A stretch of 64,000 bases of DNA from contig CP068257.2 of the NCBI GenBank assembly GCA_009914755.4, forward strand, positions 19,968,001-20,032,000, in the 5' to 3' direction. Numbering within the stretch: position 1 is the first letter of the stretch; each line of letters begins with the position of its first letter. A program made the position numbers and the translations under genes. The DNA is from the human T2T-CHM13v2.0 reference genome, Homo sapiens. This document shows, piece by piece, positions 57,461 through 64,000 of this stretch. The notes below the pieces were generated by a model that saw only the letters and a program-made list of their open reading frames with translations, was not told the DNA's origin and ran no database searches.

Positions 57461-57991
57461 AGTTAGGATAAATTTGATGTCACATTCCTGTGTATGTATT
57501 TCTAGAGGGGGAGTACTAGTCTGACTATAGCTTACTGGATGACAACCAAAAAAAAAATTAGTATAATAAAGTGGAGATTGGAGTAATAGCCATTGACTCC
57601 AAGGTTGAAGTATTTTGACAGTGAATATGTAGAGTAGACAAGAATCAATAATGAAAGTGGTGTGATAGGAATATTAGCATCAGGAATTAGAAGAATATGA
57701 AAGGCAAATAATAAATGTCCGACTGCCAAGCTCAGTTTAGCTTATTGATTAATTTGGGGGTATGTCAGTCTACATCCTTGTTTTGCTGGATTAAGTAATT
57801 TGTACATAACCACACTATGTAAGTATTGGATAGAATACATGGGCACCTTGTACGTACTATTCCAATAACCTACATAGGTTTTTACTGACGGGAAATTTAG
57901 AGAAGCACAATTTATGAATGTTGATAGATGTGGTGTCCACCCTGGGATTAATGATAACCGGAACTGGGATTTAAGAGTTATAAACTATACA

Positions 57992-58422
57992 CACTCATCC
58001 CTTAAACAACACAAGTTTGAACTTCACAGATCCACTTTTATGCAAATTTTATTTCACTTCCACCAACCAAATACAGCAAGATCATCCCATACTCTTCTGT
58101 CTTCTCTTCAGCCTACTCAATGTGAAGATGATGAGGATGAAGAACTTTATGAAAACCTACTTCCACTTAATGAAATATATTTTCCTTTCTTATCATTTTC
58201 TTAATATTTTCTTTCCTCTAGCCTCCTTTATTGTAAGAACATGGTATATAATATATTTCACATACAAAACACGGGTTAATCAACTGCACATCTTATTAGT
58301 AGAGCTTCTTGACAATAGTGAGCTATTCGTAGTTTAGTTTTGGGGGATTCAAAGTTATACATAAGTATTTGACTGTGGGGGAATCAGCACTCCTAACCCC
58401 CGTGTTGTTCTAGGGTCAACTA
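57992..58422 (+). mobile_element. Non-autonomous DNA transposon with TIRs, copy 2 (same family as 34011-34516)
   Basis: cactcatcccttaaacaacacaagtttgaacttcacagatccacttttatgc...cctactcaatgtgaagatgatgaggatgaagaactttatgaaaacctacttccacttaatgaaatatattttcctttcttatcattttcttaatattttctttcctctagcctcctttattgtaagaacatggtatataatatatttcacatacaaaacacgggttaatcaactg...tagtttagttttgggggattcaaagttatacataagtatttgactgtgggggaatcagcactcctaacccccgtgttgttctagggtcaactatac. The end cccgtgttgttctagggtcaac is the inverted complement of the start ...gttgacc...aacaacacaag. Confidence 0.6.
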
Positions 58423-58565
58423 TACTCATATAGTCAATCAACTGAGAAAGGAGAGAAAAATTTTTAAAAAATTGACAAAATGTAACTAATTGCTGAAGTG
58501 GGGTCATGAGCAAATGGAATTTTATCTACTATGAATTAGGCTAATCTTCCCATTTTTGTGTATGT

Positions 58566-58912
58566 TTCTTTTTTTTATTATTATACTTTAAGTTTTAGGG
58601 TACATGTGCACATTGTGCAGGTTAGTTACATATGTATACATGTGCCATGCTGGTGCGCTGCACCCACTAACTCATCATCTAGCATTAGGTATATCTCCCA
58701 ATGCTATCCCTCCCCCCTCCCCCCACCCCACAACAGTCCCCAGAGTGTGATGTTCCCCTTCCTGTGTCCATGTGATCTCATTGTTCAATTTCCACCTATG
58801 AGTGAGAATATGCGGTGTTTGGTTTTTTGTTCTTGCGATAGTTTACTGAGAATGATGATTTCCAATTTCACCCATGTCCCTACAAAGGACATGAACTCAT
58901 CATTTTTTATGG
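58566..58912 (-). mobile_element. L1PA 3' terminus with a poly-T (A-tail) at 58566-58577, antisense. This is the direct arm of a second rearranged L1 insertion.
   Basis: ttttttttattattatactttaagttttagggtacatgtgcacattgtgcaggttagttacatatgtatacatgtgccatgctggtgcgctgcacccactaactcatcatctagcattaggtatatctcccaatgctatccctcccccctccccccaccccacaacagtccccagagtgtgatgttccccttcctgtgtccatgtgatctcattgttcaatttccacctatgagtgagaatatgcggtgtttggttttttgttcttgcgatagtttactgagaatgatgatttccaatttcacccatgtccctacaaaggacatgaactcatcattttttatggct is the antisense of the L1PA 3' end. Confidence 0.9.
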
Positions 58913-59420
<508 letters not shown>

Positions 59421-62400
59421 TATGTTTCAACAGTGCCAGAATATAGGCTAACTTACAAAAGATTATATGAAGAATGTTTTTTGTAGAACAAATAAAGACT
59501 AAAAACTTTATTCATTTTTTTTAATTGCAATAATATGGCTCAGTTTCAAATAAGCAAGGAAAAAGATAAAACAAAAAAACTAATGTGTGGAGATATTAAA
59601 TTTTATTTTACATTTTATACTACTCTGAGTAGTATAGAATAGTATATTATGGGGAGATTTTATGGAAAAAAGATAATTAAATGGGCCTTAAAGAATATAG
59701 CTTATTAAAAAAATTATGAGCAAGATGAGCAAATAAAATATAAAAATCAAAGTTTTCAAGTTTAGGATATGCTTGCAATTTGATCAAAGTGTCAAATACC
59801 TAATAAAATACTGAGAGAGGAAAAAAACTTGGCATCTGTAACCCAAATTCTACATTCACACTTTTCCATCATTTCCTATATATCTGACCTCTTCTCTGAT
59901 TTTGGCCTCTCATTTTGCTTCTCATTCAAATTTTAGCCTTTCAGGATAGCATGGGACTCGATTGTCCAGGTCACTGCTTTGTTATTTCCAAACTTGTCAA
60001 CAAGGCCTTTTTAGGATTTCAAGAATGTTATGAAGCCAGCTTATTGTTGGCTCTGCCTTTTGTGAATTCCCACATGTATGAAAAGACAGGCTCTTTCCCA
60101 GCCATTTTGATATCAGATACTTAAATCAGGGGATTTATGGATCATTTGTGAATTTTTAAAAAGTGGTTTGCAAATATCACTTTCTTAGTAGTAAAACCAG
60201 CTAGAAATAGAAGACGACAATCAATTTTAAATGATTCTCTTATATCAATAATTAAAGCTTATCCTGAAAATGGTAAGTATCCTCACATAGTAAGATGATC
60301 CCAAGTAATAAAAGCTATCGACTTTAAAATGTAAGCAAGAGAAGCATGATGTAAGACAGATTAATCATGAAGGCTGTTAACAAAAAGGAGCAAGTAGGCT
60401 TACTCTTCAACAGGACTCTGATTAGGCCACACTGTAAAAGAGGCAGCAGAACTATTAACCAGCCACCTTTCAGCATAGCTCCTTTCATTTTGCTTGAACA
60501 TTACAACTCTTTAAAAAGGTCAACAAGCTAAATAATGGAGATTGTAGAAGAGGCTATGACAAAATATATTTAGATAGGATTTGTCTGTGCAGACAAGATG
60601 AAAGAAGCATTTGCAATCAGTGATTTCCAAGTTTGAGAAGTCATTTGAGGCTCTGGGCAAGTCCTGTCTTATTTTACTTTGATTTAATACTTGCTCAGGG
60701 TCTTCTCTCTGGAGACTGTGGTGCGCTTTCTCTCAAGTGGCATGGGAGGACGGGAGAAGCTGTACATGTTGGGGAACCTTTCCAGGTGTTTGGGATCAGC
60801 TCCCAGTTTTCAGTGAGAATCACTCCAGAGTATCAAATTATGGAATTCTTGGGTCCAAATAAAATCACCGTCCAGTGTTTCACTTCCTTCTAAATCTTAA
60901 AAGGGTTAAGTCAGGGTATTACACTGAAAACATTGATTTATAGTTTCTTCTGAAGTTGAGAATGATATTATAGCAAAGGAATAAGTAAAATATAGCTATA
61001 AAATCACCATATGGAATACAGATTGTAAACACATGGGATATTTTTAAACAAATCAATGGAATTAAGAGAGGGCAGAAGAATGTCAACTGACTGCCAGAAA
61101 AAATGAAGCCATAGTCTGAATATTTGGGGAATGGAAAATTCTGTTTGGGACAGGGCAATAATTCTACTGGTGAAATCCCAGGGAAATTATTGTTGAAGTG
61201 AAAGCAGGTACCAGGTATGGCAATAGTGAGAAGTGAGTCCCAAACCATAGGAATCAATGGGAAAATTTTAAATGGGGAATTGATCTCCTTTATTTCTCAC
61301 CTCAACCTTCCAGAAGATAAGAAGCTCCATCAGTAAAATAGCTAGGTATCTATCCATTCATCGAATCTGCCACCAAAACAGCACTGACAAACACATCTCT
61401 GATTTAATTTTTAAAAATAAGTTGGCAAAAAAACATAAGCATATTTTAAGAGGTGATTTAAAAAAAAACTAGAAAGAACAAAGAGGGGATAATTTACCTT
61501 AGTGTTATTAGAAAAAATTGAGAAACAAACAAACAAAAAAAGCTTAATTACATCCTGAAAAAGCTTGATGATAATGCATCCATGAACCAAAATAGGAACT
61601 GTTTAACATGAAGCAACGAACCGTAGCAATAAAGGCCACTTTGACTTCACTAAAGCCAACAATAAAAGAAAGTTGGGAGAGATAGCCAAGAAAATCTAGT
61701 TTCAGAAACAAAAACAAAACAAAACAACAAAGAGATGGGAAATAGGCAATAAAAGAGGAAAAAACATACGGATAAAATACGGAGACTCCATGCCAGACAT
61801 AAAAGAGTTACTAAAACAGATAATTAGAAAATAGAGGAGGGAAAAATAGATGAGGGAAGAATAAATAGAGATTTTTTTCCATTGCTTAATAAGAACTTAT
61901 GCCTTGAATTGAAATAGCCTGTTAATTATTTAAAACAATTACGGGAACAACAACAGAAAGACCTAGTCATGATAACATTGTGAAATTTTCAACTACTTAA
62001 GACTGAAAAAAGAGGTGATGGTATTCAGAAAGTAAACCAAAGACCTATAAATAGTGGTGATAATCAAATTGGTATCAGATATACCATCAGTAACACCAGA
62101 GGCTAAAAAAGGGTAAATAGTCTAAAGATTCCTGGAAAAATAACTATATATCTAAATTTCCATATTCTTCCAAGGAATCAGTCCAGTGTGATAATAGAAA
62201 AAAAATCCATAGGTGAAAATTAACATTTTATGAAGAGAATGAAACAATTAATACTGAAGAAAGAAAACATGAAAGTAGAGGATAGAAGTCTCTTGGTGTG
62301 TCAATTTCAACTCAGTGCTTAAGATAAAAGTGTCTCGGTAAAAGTAAGGCATGGATGGAAATGGTATATAGCTAAGCACCCTGAAAATCTTGAGGACAGA

Positions 62401-64000
62401 TTGAAGGTATTTGTGAGGTATAAAAAGCAGAGATGCAACTTAAACTTGTTGACAGCAACATTCCCCATGAGTGGCAGAGACATAACATTGAATTTAAAGT
62501 GTAACAAGTAAAATCCTCTGCTCAACTTTGAGAAATATTCATAGCCATAGGCATGTGAGTATTTTCTGTTGGTATGAATGTTTTTAGACTGATTTCATTA
62601 ACGCATTCTAGAAAACATAACCGTGGTTTTAAAACAGAACACAAATCTTACCAAACTTGAGGGGGGAAAATGAGAGCACAACCAGCTGTGTATGAGAGCT
62701 ATAATTAGGGGAAGATTGTAAAGGAAAAGGATGGAAACATGTATGTCTACTTTTTAGAAAAAGATAATCCAAGAGGTACTACTTTCAGTAGAGTGGACAA
62801 TATTGGGCTTTAGGCAGGAGAAAACCAGTGGGGCAATTGGGTACATGGATATAATCATAGGGAAGGATTATGTATAGAAGAGCAACTGAGGCACAGAGAC
62901 AGGAAGGTGAGAAATATCTAACATATTTTGAGGGATTTTTTGTCAAACTATTTAGAATGTTTTCCTGGTTAAGATATTAAGCAATGTTGGGCATAAAACA
63001 TCAGTCACTCTTTTACAGTCACTCTATTTATAAAATAACGAGTTTCAAGAAGATTAAGTAACCTGCCACGTTGATACAGCTAAAAAGAGATATGACTTAC
63101 ATTTGAATATATTTCCACTGCTTACAAAGCCGCCCACGCTTAATAAACTGTGCTGTACTCCTTTCACCATGGGTCATATCTTCAGCAGAAAGTGCTGGGA
63201 CATAAATCAAGAACTTCTGGTTCCCAAACTGATTCACTTGCCGCCTTATAGTTCACATTCTGAATCAACTGCTGTTGTGTTGGTGACAGTAAAAGCACAA
63301 AAGAACAATCAGGCTTAATTTTTTTTTAAAGAGTCCCTTCTTGGTATCAAGACTCTGGAGTGTAGCATGACAAAAAAATATACCACTGTTGTTATAATTA
63401 TATGAAATCACAAAAGTCAAAGCTGACCATTATTAACTTCAGTAAAAATTTGACCCACATAATGAAATTTCCAAGCTTTAGGACAATATAGATATTAGAT
63501 TGATCCAGAGGAAATAAATTAGACAACATTTTCTTTTAAAAGTATATGTGGCATTAATGTGGATTTGTGAAATAAACATTATACCTTTGTATTCATACAA
63601 AGTCTTGTATAAATAAATACATATTTTGTTTTAACTTCTGTAGTCAACCTCATATATTTGTGGAAATTTATGACAATACATTTCATAAATAATTCTGCTT
63701 CATTACTTTTAAATTATCTTTTAAAGATATATTTTTACAAACATTGTCTATTATTTTCACATTATAATATAACAAAATGAAAAAATAGGATTGTTCATTT
63801 TGTGATACCTCGGACTCTAAGTTGGGCCTGAACTCTATATGAGAACTGATTAACAATTAAATGTCAAAATTTTATTTTATTTCATTAACAAAATGTATTA
63901 TATTGAAAATTTTATAGGAAGCAGTAGCCAAAAGAGTGCATATGTTCATATGTGTAGCTGTTTTTCTTCAAGTACTTTTAAATCTTTATACGTCAGTTCC

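Noticed and set aside
60633-61257. 86-aa (plus) and 112-aa (minus) ORFs in apparently unique sequence
   Set aside because: There are no recognisable protein motifs, no splice or start context, and the AT-rich composition yields such ORFs by chance at this length. The evidence is insufficient to call an exon.

Overview
The window is primate, almost certainly human, nuclear DNA. It is AT-rich and dense in interspersed repeats, and looks like intergenic or deep-intronic sequence. I found no convincing protein-coding exon, RNA gene or CRISPR/prokaryotic-type system. The longest ORF is 157 aa and lies inside a decayed retrotransposon interior. Every ORF in the supplied track overlaps a repeat or is short, low-complexity read-through.

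What I can support from the sequence:
- At least 8 Alu SINEs.
- Several old L1 (L1M/L1P) fragments, one with a nested Alu.
- Two young L1PA insertions with inverted, rearranged structure and recognisable target-site duplications (TSDs), consistent with twin priming.
- Three ERVL-MaLR (THE1/MST-class) elements that retain internal sequence. Two are complete LTR-int-LTR copies with 5-bp TSDs, and there is also an MST solo LTR.
- Two ERV-type solo LTRs of another family.
- Two diverged copies of a non-autonomous DNA transposon with terminal inverted repeats (TIRs).
- A mariner (Hsmar2-like) relic split by an Alu, plus simple repeats and small local tandem duplications.

Family names come from my recollection of consensus sequences, not from a database search. 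All coordinates are read by eye and carry roughly +/-5-10 bp uncertainty.
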